A stretch of 64,000 nucleotides of DNA, taken from positions 102,052,001 through 102,116,000 of the forward strand of contig OZ024741.1 in NCBI GenBank assembly GCA_964016885.1, given 5' to 3'. The notes below the pieces were generated by a model. It had not been told where the DNA came from and ran no database searches. It saw only the letters and a program-made list of their open reading frames with translations. Origin of the DNA: Eledone cirrhosa (Eukaryota). Each line of letters begins with the position of its first letter. The first letter of the stretch is position 1. The translations under genes and the position numbers were made by a program. Shown here in pieces: positions 10,832-24,409 of the stretch.

Positions 10832-11199
10832 CTCTACATATCAATATTTGTCTGGTCTTTAATACCAATTTAGGAGGCTAATGATTCAGGACTGTCCTTG
10901 GATAATTGCCTTCACCACGAAATTTATTTAGGGGCTGTGGGTATGCTATATTTAATATCTCCCGGGTTTTGGGAGTCTACATTTGAAGTGAGAGCAAATA
11001 AAAATCCATAATTATAGACCGTGGAACTTTTAGAATTTATGGTTATCACATTAGCACAAGAATGAAAGTACAACTAGTTTTTTTACTTAACAGATAATTA
11101 AAGTAGATAAGATATAATAGAGCAGCTATCGAAATATCTCTAATTAAACGTTAATGAGAGATACACATTGAAGTCTTGGACATTGTACTTTGGCTGACG

Positions 11200-11258
11200 T
11201 TATAGCAATTAGCAAGTGGTAGTGTTGATGTAGTTAAGTATAAGAAGAACTGTTAGTT
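11200..11258 (+). promoter_or_regulatory. Conserved 5' flank with TATA-like element (example; present before every gene)
   Basis: TATAGCAATTA, TTGATGTAGTTAA and TATAAG (about -20 to -15) shared by A, B and diverged copies; function inferred from Pol III upstream elements. Confidence 0.45.
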
Positions 11259-11353
11259 GCCTCGGTAGCGCAGTAGGCAGCGCGTCAGTCTCATAATCAG
11301 AAGTAATACTTGGAGGAATCTGAAGGTCGTGAGTTCGATCCTCACCTGGGGCA
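11259..11353 (+). tRNA. tRNA-Met(CAT), 22-nt intron, A-type
   Basis: Consensus exons; intron ATCAGAAGTAATACTTGGAGGA. Confidence 0.95.
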
Positions 11354-11359
11354 CAATTA

Positions 11360-11380
11360 TTTTGATCTTACTATTTTTTT
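11360..11380 (+). terminator. Pol III terminator (T4 then T7), A-type example
   Basis: TTTT at 11360-11363 and TTTTTTT at 11374-11380 directly after the gene; repeated in each unit. Confidence 0.8.
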
Positions 11381-12224
11381 GTGAGGTTCAATATTATCTT
11401 ATAAAGGCATTAGAAAGCCATTTCATAAATCGAGAATGAGATATTTCGTAGATTCAGAAGTGATTGACTATATACAATGTGTTCTTTTAACCAAATTTTA
11501 CACTGAATTAATGTGTACTTAGAAATGTGGTGTACATATGATATCTGTTTTGGTTATATTACCAGTTTTTCACTAATAACACGGAGATAATACCGGCATT
11601 GTGAGGGGGAAGCTATATTTTACAATAGACTTGGACCTATTACTAGTTTCGGGGACCCACATTGTACATGTGGGCCTACATTTAAGAATTGATCTTGACT
11701 TATTACAAGCTTTAGCGGAGTTCATTTCTTAGCTCATATAGGTGCTATTATTAGCTTTGTCGGTCTAAATTTCAGAACAAAACTAGAGCTAGTAGCCGTT
11801 TCATGAGACTTGATTTGAGAAGTGGGCTGGCCCTTTTCTCAGCGTAAGTGGGTCCACATTTGAAACATTGACATTGGTATAGTACCAATTGTAGGTACCT
11901 ACATATCCAACTACACCCGTCTTATTACCAACTTCGGTGTCTAAATTTCAATTGATCAGGGAGAATCTATTTCAAATTTGGTCTGGTCCAAACACCAGTA
12001 TTTGGGGACCTACGGTTCACATTTGATCTGACCCTAAATATCAATTTAGGGGTCCCATATTTCACAACTATCCCTGGAGGAATGCCATCACCAGTAGATT
12101 TACTTTGGGGTTGACGGTGTGCTAATTTTCACAATGAAGTCTTGGACATTGTACCTTAGCTGACATTATAGCAATTACCACGTGATAGGATTGATGTAGT
12201 TAAATATAAGCAGAGCTTCCAGTT

Positions 12225-12319
12225 GCCTCGGTAGCGCAGTAGGCAGCGCGTCAGTCTCATAATCAAAAGTAATAATTAGAGGAATCTGAAGGTCGTGAGT
12301 TCGATCCTCACTTGGGGCA
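12225..12319 (+). tRNA. tRNA-Met(CAT), 22-nt intron, B-type (T66)
   Basis: Intron ATCAAAAGTAATAATTAGAGGA; 3' end CTCACTTGGGGCA. Confidence 0.92.
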
Positions 12320-12325
12320 CATTTA

Positions 12326-12347
12326 TTTTGATTTTCATTATTTTTTT
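12326..12347 (+). terminator. Pol III terminator (T4, T4, T7), B-type example
   Basis: ttttgattttcattattttttt directly downstream of the gene. Confidence 0.8.
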
Positions 12348-13676
12348 GTGGGGTTAAATATTATATCCTAAAGGCATTAGAAAGCCTTTTTCATGAATCG
12401 AAGAGGAGATATTTCGTAGATACAGAAGTGATTAACAATATACAAAAACATATACTAGTTTTGGGGGTCCACTTTTCACATTTGGCCTGTGTCTAAAACC
12501 ATACTTGTCGGCCTATGTTTAAGAACTGATCTTGACACATTACCAGTTTTAGCGGAGTTCATTTCTAAACACTCATGGTTCCATTATTAGCTTTGGGTGT
12601 CTAAATCTCAGAACTAACCTGGAGCTATTAACCATTTCTGTGACTAGATTTCACAATTGGGCTGGCCCGTTTATCAGCGTAAGAAGGTCCACATTTCAAA
12701 AATGACATTGGAATATTACGAATTTTAGGTTTCTAGCCCAACTAAACCGGAATTATTACCAACTTTGGTGTCTAAATTTCAATAGACCTGTAAATATTTC
12801 CAGCTTTGGGAGATTAGATTTCAAATTTTGTCTGGTCCAAACACCAGCTTTGGGGACCTACATTTAATATTCTATTTGGCCCTTAATATCAATTCAGGGT
12901 GCCGATATTTCACAACTGTCCCTGGAGTAATGCCATCACTAGTAAATTTATTTTGGGGTTGACGGTGTGCTGATTTTCACATCTCACGAGTTTTGGTAGT
13001 CTACATTTGATAATAGATTCGGGCCTATTCCTAAGTTATGGAGGTTACGTTTTACATCTGACCTGGGACGATTATCAATTTCTGTAGCCTACATTTTACA
13101 CTTCACCTGGTTATATAAGCAGATTTCTTTACGGAATGGGTGTACACTTCACTTCTCATCTGGGCCTATATTCTGGTTTGCATGGGCTTAATTATAAATA
13201 CGGTGAAATAGCCTGATTCGTGCGTGTGTGTGTGTGGGGGGGGGGGGGGGCTCTACATATCAATATTTGTCTGGTCTTTAATACCAATTTAGGAGGCTAA
13301 TGATTCAGGACTGTCCTTGGATAATTGCCTTCACCACGAAATTTATTTAGGGGCTGTGGGTATGCTATATTTAATATCTCACGGGTTTTGGGAGTCTACA
13401 TTTGAAGTGAGAGCAAATAAAAATCCATAATTATAGACCGTGGAACTTTTAGAATTTATGGTTATCACATTAGCACAAGAATGAAAGTACAACTAGTTTT
13501 TTACTTAACAGATAATTAAAGTATATAAGATATAATAGAGCAGCTATCGAAATATCTCTAATTAAACGTTAATGAGAGATACACATTGAAGTCTTGGACA
13601 TTGTACATTGGCTGACGTTATAGCAATTAGCAAGTGGTAGTGTTGATGTAGTTAAGTATAAGAAAAACTGTTAGTT

Positions 13677-13771
13677 GCCTCGGTAGCGCAGTAGGCAGCG
13701 CGTCAGTCTCATAATAAGAAGTAATACTCTGAGGAATCTGAAGGTCGTGAGTTCGATCCTCACCTGGGGCA
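13677..13771 (+). tRNA. tRNA-Met(CAT), A-type, variant intron
   Basis: Consensus exons; intron ATAAGAAGTAATACTCTGAGGA. Confidence 0.94.
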
Positions 13772-14642
13772 CAATTATTTTGATCTTACTATTTTTTTGT
13801 GAGGTTCAATATTATCTTATAAAGGCATTAGAAAGCCATTTCATAAATCGAGAATGAGATATTTCGTAGATTCAGAAGTGATTGACTATATACAATGTGT
13901 TCTTTTAACCAAATTTTACACTGAATTAATGTGTACTTAGAAATGTGGTGTACATATGATATCTGTTTTGGTTATATTACCAGTTTTTCACTAATAACAC
14001 GGAGATAATACCGGCATTGTGAGGGGGAAGCTATATTTTACAATAGACTTGGACCTATTACTAGTTTTGGGGACTCACATTGTACATGTGGGCCTACATT
14101 TAAGAATTGATCTTGACTTATTACAAGCTTTAGCGGAGTTCATTTCTTAGCTCATATAGGTACTATTATTAGCTTTGTCGGTCTAAATTTCAGAACAAAA
14201 CTAGAGCTAGTAGCCGTTTCATGAGACTTGATTTGAGAAGTGGGCTGGCCCTTTTCTCAGCGTAAGTGGGTCCACATTTGAAACATTGACATTGGTATAG
14301 TACCAATTGTAGGTACCTACATATCCAACTACACCCGTCTTATTACCAACTTCGGTGTCTAAATTTCAATTGATCAGGGAGAATCTATTTCAAATTTGGT
14401 CTGGTCCAAACACCAGTATTTGGGGACCTACGGTTCACATTTGATCTGACCCTAAATATCAATTTAGGGGTCCCATATTTCACAACTATCCCTGGAGGAA
14501 TGCCATCACCAGTAGATTTACTTTGGGGTTGACGGTGTGCTAATTTTCACAATGAAGTCTTGGACATTGTACCTTAGCTGACATTATAGCAATTACCACG
14601 TGATAGGATTGATGTAGTTAAATATAAGCAGAGCTTCCAGTT

Positions 14643-14737
14643 GCCTCGGTAGCGCAGTAGGCAGCGCGTCAGTCTCATAATCAAAAGTAATAATTAGAGG
14701 AATCTGAAGGTCGTGAGTTCGATCCTCACTTGGGGCA
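14643..14737 (+). tRNA. tRNA-Met(CAT), intron, B-type (T66)
   Basis: Same as 12225 copy. Confidence 0.92.
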
Positions 14738-16094
14738 CATTTATTTTGATTTTCATTATTTTTTTGTGGGGTTAAATATTATATCCTAAAGGCATTAGAA
14801 AGCCTTTTTCATGAATCGAAGAGGAGATATTTCGTAGATACAGAAGTGATTAACAATATACAAAAACATATACTAGTTTTGGGGGTCCACTTTTCACATT
14901 TGGCCTGTGTCTAAAACCATACTTGTCGGCCTATGTTTAAGAACTGATCTTGACACATTACCAGTTTTAGCGGAGTTCAATTCTAAACACTCATGGTTCC
15001 ATTATTAGCTTTGGGTGTCTAAATCTCAGAACTAACCTGGAGCTATTAACCATTTCTGTGACTAGATTTCACAATTGGGCTGGCCCGTTTATCAGCGTAA
15101 GAAGGTCCACATTTCAAAAATGACATTGGAATATTACGAATTTTAGGTTTCTAGCCCAACTAAACCGGAATTATTACCAACTTTGGTGTCTAAATTTCAA
15201 TAGACCATAAATATTTCCAGCTTTGGGAGATTAGATTTCAAATTTTGTCTGGTCCAAACACCAGCTTTGGGGACCTACATTTAATATTCTATTTGGCCCT
15301 TAATATCAATTCAGGGTGCCGATATTTCACAACTGTCCCTGGAGTAATGCCATCACTAGTAAATTTATTTTGGGGTTGACGGTGTGCTAATTTTCACATC
15401 TCACGAGTTTTGGTAGTCTACATTTGATAATAGATTCGGGCCTATTCCTAAGTTATGGAGGTTACGTTTTACATCTGACCTGGGACGATTATCAATTTCT
15501 GTAGCCTACATTTTACACTTCACCTGGTTATATAAGCAGATTTCTTTACGGAATGGGTGTACACTTCACTTCTCATCTGGGCCTATATTCTGGTTTGCAT
15601 GGGCTTAATTATAAATACGGTGAAATAGCCTGATTCGTGCGTGTGTGTGTGTGGGGGGTGGGGGGTGGCTCTACATATCAATATTTGTCTGGTCTTTAAT
15701 ACCAATTTAGGAGGCTAATGATTCAGGACTGTCCTTGGATAATTGACTTCACCACGAAATTTATTTAGGGGCTGTGGGTATGCTATATTTAATATCTCAC
15801 GGGTTTTGGGAGTCTACATTTGAAGTGAGAGCAAATAAAAATCCATAATTATAGACCGTGGAACTTTTAGAATTTATGGTTATCACATTAGCACAAGAAT
15901 GAAAGTACAACTAGTTTTTTACTTAACAGATAATTAAAGTATATAAGATATAATAGAGCAGCTATCGAAATAACTCTAATTAAACGTTAATGAGAGATAC
16001 ACATTGAAGTCTTGGACATTGTACATTGGCTGACGTTATAGCAATTAGCAAGTGGTAGTGTTGATGTAGTTAAGTATAAGAAGAACTGTTAGTT

Positions 16095-16189
16095 GCCTCG
16101 GTAGCGCAGTAGGCAGCGCGTCAGTCTCATAATCAGAAGTAATACTTGGAGGAATCTGAAGGTCGTGAGTTCGATCCTCACCTGGGGCA
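16095..16189 (+). tRNA. tRNA-Met(CAT), intron, A-type
   Basis: Same as 11259 copy. Confidence 0.95.
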
Positions 16190-17060
16190 CAATTATTTTG
16201 ATCTTACTATTTTTTTGTGAGGTTCAATATTATCTTATAAAGGCATTAGAAAGCCATTTCATAAATCGAGAATGAGATATTTCGTAGATTCAGAAGTGAT
16301 TGACTATATACAATGTGTTCTTTTAACCAAATTTTACACTGAATTAATGTGTACTTAGAAATGTGGTGTACATATGATATCTGTTTTGGTTATATTACCA
16401 GTTTTTCACTAATAACACGGAGATAATACCGGCATTGTGAGGGGGAAGCTATATTTTACAATAGACTTGGACCTATTACTAGTTTCGGGGACCCACATTG
16501 TACATGTGGGCCTACATTTAAGAATTGATCTTGACTTATTACAAGCTTTAGCGGAGTTCATTTCTTAGCTCATATAGGTGCTATTATTAGCTTTGTCGGT
16601 CTAAATTTCAGAACAAAACTAGAGCTAGTAGCCGTTTCATGAGACTTGATTTGAGAAGTGGGCTGGCCCTTTTCTCAGCGTAAGTGGGTCCACATTTGAA
16701 ACATTGACATTGGTATAGTACCAATTGTAGGTACCTACATATCCAACTACACCCGTCTTATTACCAACTTCGGTGTCTAAATTTCAATTGATCAGGGAGA
16801 ATCTATTTCAAATTTGGTCTGGTCCAAACACCAGTATTTGGGGACCTACGGTTCACATTTGATCTGAACCTAAATATCAATTTAGGGGTCCCATATTTCA
16901 CAACTATCCCTGGAGGAATGCCATCACCAGTAGATTTACTTTGGGGTTGACGGTGTGCTAATTTTCACAATGAAGTCTTGGACATTGTACCTTAGCTGAC
17001 ATTATAGCAATTACCACGTGATAGGATTGATGTAGTTAAATATAAGCAGAGCTTCCAGTT

Positions 17061-17155
17061 GCCTCGGTAGCGCAGTAGGCAGCGCGTCAGTCTCATAATC
17101 AAAAGTAATAATTAGAGGAATCTGAAGGTCGTGAGTTCGATCCTCACTTGGGGCA
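17061..17155 (+). tRNA. tRNA-Met(CAT), intron, B-type (T66)
   Basis: Same as 12225 copy. Confidence 0.92.
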
Positions 17156-18512
17156 CGTTTATTTTGATTTTCATTATTTTTTTGTGGGGTTAAATATTAT
17201 ATCCTAAAGGCATTAGAAAGCCTTTTTCATGAATCGAAGAGGAGATATTTCGTAGATACAGAAGTGATTAACAATATACAAAAACATATACTAGTTTTGG
17301 GGGTCCACTTTTCACATTTGGCCTGTGTCTAAAACCATACTTGTCGGCCTATGTTTAAGAACTGATCTTGACACATTACCAGTTTTAGCGGAGTTCAATT
17401 CTAAACACTCATGGTTCCATTATTAGCTTTGGGTGTCTAAATCTCAGAACTAACCTGGAGCTATTAACCATTTCTGTGACTAGATTTCACAATTGGGCTG
17501 GCCCGTTTATCAGCGTAAGAAGGTCCACATTTCAAAAATGACATTGGAATATTACGAATTTTAGGTTTCTAGCCCAACTAAACCGGAATTATTACCAACT
17601 TTGGTGTCTAAATTTCAATAGACCATAAATATTTCCAGCTTTGGGAGATTAGATTTCAAATTTTGTCTGGTCCAAACACCAGCTTTGGGGACCTACATTT
17701 AATATTCTATTTGGCCCTTAATATCAATTCAGGGTGCCGATATTTCACAACTGTCCCTGGAGTAATGCCATCACTAGTAAATTTATTTTGGGGTTGACGG
17801 TGTGCTAATTTTCACATCTCACGAGTTTTGGTAGTCTACATTTGATAATAGATTCGGGCCTATTCCTAAGTTATGGAGGTTACGTTTTACATCTGACCTG
17901 GGACGATTATCAATTTCTGTAGCCTACATTTTACACTTCACCTGGTTATATAAGCAGATTTCTTTACGGAATGGGTGTACACTTCACTTCTCATCTGGGC
18001 CTATATTCTGGTTTGCATGGGCTTAATTATAAATACGGTGAAATAGCCTGATTCGTGCGTGTGTGTGTGTGGGGGGTGGGGGGTGGCTCTACATATCAAT
18101 ATTTGTCTGGTCTTTAATACCAATTTAGGAGGCTAATGATTCAGGACTGTCCTTGGATAATTGACTTCACCACGAAATTTATTTAGGGGCTGTGGGTATG
18201 CTATATTTAATATCTCACGGGTTTTGGGAGTCTACATTTGAAGTGAGAGCAAATAAAAATCCATAATTATAGACCGTGGAACTTTTAGAATTTATGGTTA
18301 TCACATTAGCACAAGAATGAAAGTACAACTAGTTTTTTACTTAACAGATAATTAAAGTATATAAGATATAATAGAGCAGCTATCGAAATAACTCTAATTA
18401 AACGTTAATGAGAGATACACATTGAAGTCTTGGACATTGTACATTGGCTGACGTTATAGCAATTAGCAAGTGGTAGTGTTGATGTAGTTAAGTATAAGAA
18501 AAACTGTTAGTT

Positions 18513-18607
18513 GCCTCGGTAGCGCAGTAGGCAGCGCGTCAGTCTCATAATCAGAAGTAATACTTGGAGGAATCTGAAGGTCGTGAGTTCGATCCTCACC
18601 TGGGGCA
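18513..18607 (+). tRNA. tRNA-Met(CAT), intron, A-type
   Basis: Same as 11259 copy. Confidence 0.95.
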
Positions 18608-19478
18608 CAATTATTTTGATCTTACTATTTTTTTGTGAGGTTCAATATTATCTTATAAAGGCATTAGAAAGCCATTTCATAAATCGAGAATGAGATATTT
18701 CGTAGATTCAGAAGTGATTGACTATATACAATGTGTTCTTTTAACCAAATTTTACACTGAATTAATGTGTACTTAGAAATGTGGTGTACATATGATATCT
18801 GTTTTGGTTATATTACCAGTTTTTCACTAATAACACGGAGATAATACCGGCATTGTGAGGGGGAAGCTATATTTTACAATAGACTTGGACCTATTACTAG
18901 TTTCGGGGACCCACATTGTACATGTGGGCCTACATTTAAGAATTGATCTTGACTTATTACAAGCTTTAGCGGAGTTCATTTCTTAGCTCATATAGGTGCT
19001 ATTATTAGCTTTGTCGGTCTAAATTTCAGAACAAAACTAGAGCTAGTAGCCGTTTCATGAGACTTGATTTGAGAAGTGGGCTGGCCCTTTTCTCAGCGTA
19101 AGTGGGTCCACATTTGAAACATTGACATTGGTATAGTACCAATTGTAGGTACCTACATATCCAACTACACCCGTCTTATTACCAACTTCGGTGTCTAAAT
19201 TTCAATTGATCAGGGAGAATCTATTTCAAATTTGGTCTGGTCCAAACACCAGTATTTGGGGACCTACGGTTCACATTTGATCTGACCCTAAATATCAATT
19301 TAGGGGTCCCATATTTCACAACTATCCCTGGAGGAATGCCATCACCAGTAGATTTACTTTGGGGTTGACGGTGTGCTAATTTTCACAATGAAGTCTTGGA
19401 CATTGTACCTTAGCTGACATTATAGCAATTACCACGTGATAGGATTGATGTAGTTAAATATAAGCAGAGCTTCCAGTT

Positions 19479-19573
19479 GCCTCGGTAGCGCAGTAGGCAG
19501 CGCGTCAGTCTCATAATCAAAAGTAATAATTAGAAGGATCTGAAGGTCGTGAGTTCGATCCTCACTTGGGGCA
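19479..19573 (+). tRNA. tRNA-Met(CAT), B-type (T66), altered intron 3' end
   Basis: Intron ends TAGAAGG instead of TAGAGGA. Confidence 0.85.
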
Positions 19574-20930
19574 CATTTATTTTGATTTTCATTATTTTTT
19601 TGTGGGGTTAAATATTATATCCTAAAGGCATTAGAAAGCCTTTTTCATGAATCGAAGAGGAGATATTTCGTAGATACAGAAGTGATTAACAATATACAAA
19701 AACATATACTAGTTTTGGGGGTCCACTTTTCACATTTGGCCTGTGTCTAAAACCATACTTGTCGGCCTATGTTTAAGAACTGATCTTGACACATTACCAG
19801 TTTTAGCGGAGTTCAATTCTAAACACTCATGGTTCCATTATTAGCTTTGGGTGTCTAAATCTCAGAACTAACCTGGAGCTATTAACCATTTCTGTGACTA
19901 GATTTCACAATTGGGCTGGCCCGTTTATCAGCGTAAGAAGGTCCACATTTCAAAAATGACATTGGAATATTACGAATTTTAGGTTTCTAGCCCAACTAAA
20001 CCGGAATTATTACCAACTTTGGTGTCTAAATTTCAATAGACCATAAATATTTCCAGCTTTGGGAGATTAGATTTCAAATTTTGTCTGGTCCAAACACCAG
20101 CTTTGGGGACCTACATTTAATATTCTATTTGGCCCTTAATATCAATTCAGGGTGCCGATATTTCACAACTGTCCCTGGAGTAATGCCATCACTAGTAAAT
20201 TTATTTTGGGGTTGACGGTGTGCTAATTTTCACATCTCACGAGTTTTGGTAGTCTACATTTGATAATAGATTCGGGCCTATTCCTAAGTTATGGAGGTTA
20301 CGTTTTACATCTGACCTGGGACGATTATCAATTTCTGTAGCCTACATTTTACACTTCACCTGGTTATATAAGCAGATTTCTTTACGGAATGGGTGTACAC
20401 TTCACTTCTCATCTGGGCCTATATTCTGGTTTGCATGGGCTTAATTATAAATACGGTGAAATAGCCTGATTCGTGCGTGTGTGTGTGGGGGGGGTGGGGG
20501 GTGGCTCTACATATCAATATTTGTCTGGTCTTTAATACCAATTTAGGAGGCTAATGATTCAGGACTGTCCTTGGATAATTGACTTCACCACGAAATTTAT
20601 TTAGGGGCTGTGGGTATGCTATATTTAATATCTCACGGGTTTTGGGAGTCTACATTTGAAGTGAGAGCAAATAAAAATCCATAATTATAGACCGTGGAAC
20701 TTTTAGAATTTATGGTTATCACATTAGCACAAGAATGAAAGTACAACTAGTTTTTTACTTAACAGATAATTAAAGTATATAAGATATAATAGAGCAGCTA
20801 TCGAAATAACTCTAATTAAACGTTAATGAGAGATACACATTGAAGTCTTGGACATTGTACATTGGCTGACGTTATAGCAATTAGCAAGTGGTAGTGTTGA
20901 TGTAGTTAAGTATAAGAAGAACTGTTAGTT

Positions 20931-21025
20931 GCCTCGGTAGCGCAGTAGGCAGCGCGTCAGTCTCATAATCAGAAGTAATACTTGGAGGAATCTGAAGGTC
21001 GTGAGTTCGATCCTCACCTGGGGCA
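20931..21025 (+). tRNA. tRNA-Met(CAT), intron, A-type
   Basis: Same as 11259 copy. Confidence 0.95.
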
Positions 21026-21896
21026 CAATTATTTTGATCTTACTATTTTTTTGTGAGGTTCAATATTATCTTATAAAGGCATTAGAAAGCCATTTCATAA
21101 ATCGAGAATGAGATATTTCGTAGATTCAGAAGTGATTGACTATATACAATGTGTTCTTTTAACCAAATTTTACACTGAATTAATGTGTACTTAGAAATGT
21201 GGTGTACATATGATATCTGTTTTGGTTATATTACCAGTTTTTCACTAATAACACGGAGATAATACCGGCATTGTGAGGGGGAAGCTATATTTTACAATAG
21301 ACTTGGACCTATTACTAGTTTCGGGGACCCACATTGTACATGTGGGCCTACATTTAAGAATTGATCTTGACTTATTACAAGCTTTAGCGGAGTTCATTTC
21401 TTAGCTCATATAGGTGCTATTATTAGCTTTGTCGGTCTAAATTTCAGAACAAAACTAGAGCTAGTAGCCGTTTCATGAGACTTGATTTGAGAAGTGGGCT
21501 GGCCCTTTTCTCAGCGTAAGTGGGTCCACATTTGAAACATTGACATTGGTATAGTACCAATTGTAGGTACCTACATATCCAACTACACCCGTCTTATTAC
21601 CAACTTCGGTGTCTAAATTTCAATTGATCAGGGAGAATCTATTTCAAATTTGGTCTGGTCCAAACACCAGTATTTGGGGACCTACGGTTCACATTTGATC
21701 TGAACCTAAATATCAATTTAGGGGTCCCATATTTCACAACTATCCCTGGAGGAATGCCATCACCAGTAGATTTACTTTGGGGTTGACGGTGTGCTAATTT
21801 TCACAATGAAGTCTTGGACATTGTACCTTAGCTGACATTATAGCAATTACCACGTGATAGGATTGATGTAGTTAAATATAAGCAGAGCTTCCAGTT

Positions 21897-21991
21897 TCCT
21901 CGGTAGCGCAGTAGGCAGCGCGTCAGTCTCATAATCAAAAGTAATAATTAGAGGAATCTGAAGGTCGTGAGTTCGATCCTCACTTGGGGCA
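21897..21991 (+). tRNA. tRNA-Met(CAT), B-type (T66), G1T variant
   Basis: Starts TCCTCGG, giving a T1:C72 mismatch; possibly non-functional. Confidence 0.8.
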
Positions 21992-23348
21992 CGTTTATTT
22001 TGATTTTCATTATTTTTTTGTGGGGTTAAATATTATATCCTAAAGGCATTAGAAAGCCTTTTTCATGAATCGAAGAGGAGATATTTCGTAGATACAGAAG
22101 TGATTAACAATATACAAAAACATATACTAGTTTTGGGGGTCCACTTTTCACATTTGGCCTGTGTCTAAAACCATACTTGTCGGCCTATGTTTAAGAACTG
22201 ATCTTGACACATTACCAGTTTTAGCGGAGTTCAATTCTAAACACTCATGGTTCCATTATTAGCTTTGGGTGTCTAAATCTCAGAACTAACCTGGAGCTAT
22301 TAACCATTTCTGTGACTAGATTTCACAATTGGGCTGGCCCGTTTATCAGCGTAAGAAGGTCCACATTTCAAAAATGACATTGGAATATTACGAATTTTAG
22401 GTTTCTAGCCCAACTAAACCGGAATTATTACCAACTTTGGTGTCTAAATTTCAATAGACCATAAATATTTCCAGCTTTGGGAGATTAGATTTCAAATTTT
22501 GTCTGGTCCAAACACCAGCTTTGGGGACCTACATTTAATATTCTATTTGGCCCTTAATATCAATTCAGGGTGCCGATATTTCACAACTGTCCCTGGAGTA
22601 ATGCCATCACTAGTAAATTTATTTTGGGGTTGACGGTGTGCTAATTTTCACATCTCACGAGTTTTGGTAGTCTACATTTGATAATAGATTCGGGCCTATT
22701 CCTAAGTTATGGAGGTTACGTTTTACATCTGACCTGGGACGATTATCAATTTCTGTAGCCTACATTTTACACTTCACCTGGTTATATAAGCAGATTTCTT
22801 TACGGAATGGGTGTACACTTCACTTCTCATCTGGGCCTATATTCTGGTTTGCATGGGCTTAATTATAAATACGGTGAAATAGCCTGATTCGTGCGTGTGT
22901 GTGTGTGGGGGGTGGGGGGTGGCTCTACATATCAATATTTGTCTGGTCTTTAATACCAATTTAGGAGGCTAATGATTCAGGACTGTCCTTGGATAATTGA
23001 CTTCACCACGAAATTTATTTAGGGGCTGTGGGTATGCTATATTTAATATCTCACGGGTTTTGGGAGTCTACATTTGAAGTGAGAGCAAATAAAAATCCAT
23101 AATTATAGACCGTGGAACTTTTAGAATTTATGGTTATCACATTAGCACAAGAATGAAAGTACAACTAGTTTTTTACTTAACAGATAATTAAAGTATATAA
23201 GATATAATAGAGCAGCTATCGAAATAACTCTAATTAAACGTTAATGAGAGATACACATTGAAGTCTTGGACATTGTACATTGGCTGACGTTATAGCAATT
23301 AGCAAGTGGTAGTGTTGATGTAGTTAAGTATAAGAAGAACTGTTAGTT

Positions 23349-23443
23349 GCCTCGGTAGCGCAGTAGGCAGCGCGTCAGTCTCATAATCAGAAGTAATACT
23401 TGGAGGAATCTGAAGGTCGTGAGTTCGATCCTCACCTGGGGCA
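23349..23443 (+). tRNA. tRNA-Met(CAT), intron, A-type
   Basis: Same as 11259 copy. Confidence 0.95.
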
Positions 23444-24314
23444 CAATTATTTTGATCTTACTATTTTTTTGTGAGGTTCAATATTATCTTATAAAGGCAT
23501 TAGAAAGCCATTTCATAAATCGAGAATGAGATATTTCGTAGATTCAGAAGTGATTGACTATATACAATGTGTTCTTTTAACCAAATTTTACACTGAATTA
23601 ATGTGTACTTAGAAATGTGGTGTACATATGATATCTGTTTTGGTTATATTACCAGTTTTTCACTAATAACACGGAGATAATACCGGCATTGTGAGGGGGA
23701 AGCTATATTTTACAATAGACTTGGACCTATTACTAGTTTCGGGGACCCACATTGTACATGTGGGCCTACATTTAAGAATTGATCTTGACTTATTACAAGC
23801 TTTAGCGGAGTTCATTTCTTAGCTCATATAGGTGCTATTATTAGCTTTGTCGGTCTAAATTTCAGAACAAAACTAGAGCTAGTAGCCGTTTCATGAGACT
23901 TGATTTGAGAAGTGGGCTGGCCCTTTTCTCAGCGTAAGTGGGTCCACATTTGAAACATTGACATTGGTATAGTACCAATTGTAGGTACCTACATATCCAA
24001 CTACACCCGTCTTATTACCAACTTCGGTGTCTAAATTTCAATTGATCAGGGAGAATCTATTTCAAATTTGGTCTGGTCCAAACACCAGTATTTGGGGACC
24101 TACGGTTCACATTTGATCTGAACCTAAATATCAATTTAGGGGTCCCATATTTCACAACTATCCCTGGAGGAATGCCATCACCAGTAGATTTACTTTGGGG
24201 TTGACGGTGTGCTAATTTTCACAATGAAGTCTTGGACATTGTACCTTAGCTGACATTATAGCAATTACCACGTGATAGGATTGATGTAGTTAAATATAAG
24301 CAGAGCTTCCAGTT

Positions 24315-24409
24315 GCCTCGGTAGCGCAGTAGGCAGCGCGTCAGTCTCATAATCAAAAGTAATAATTAGAGGAATCTGAAGGTCGTGAGTTCGATCCTCA
24401 CTTGGGGCA
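24315..24409 (+). tRNA. tRNA-Met(CAT), intron, B-type (T66)
   Basis: Same as 12225 copy. Confidence 0.92.
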
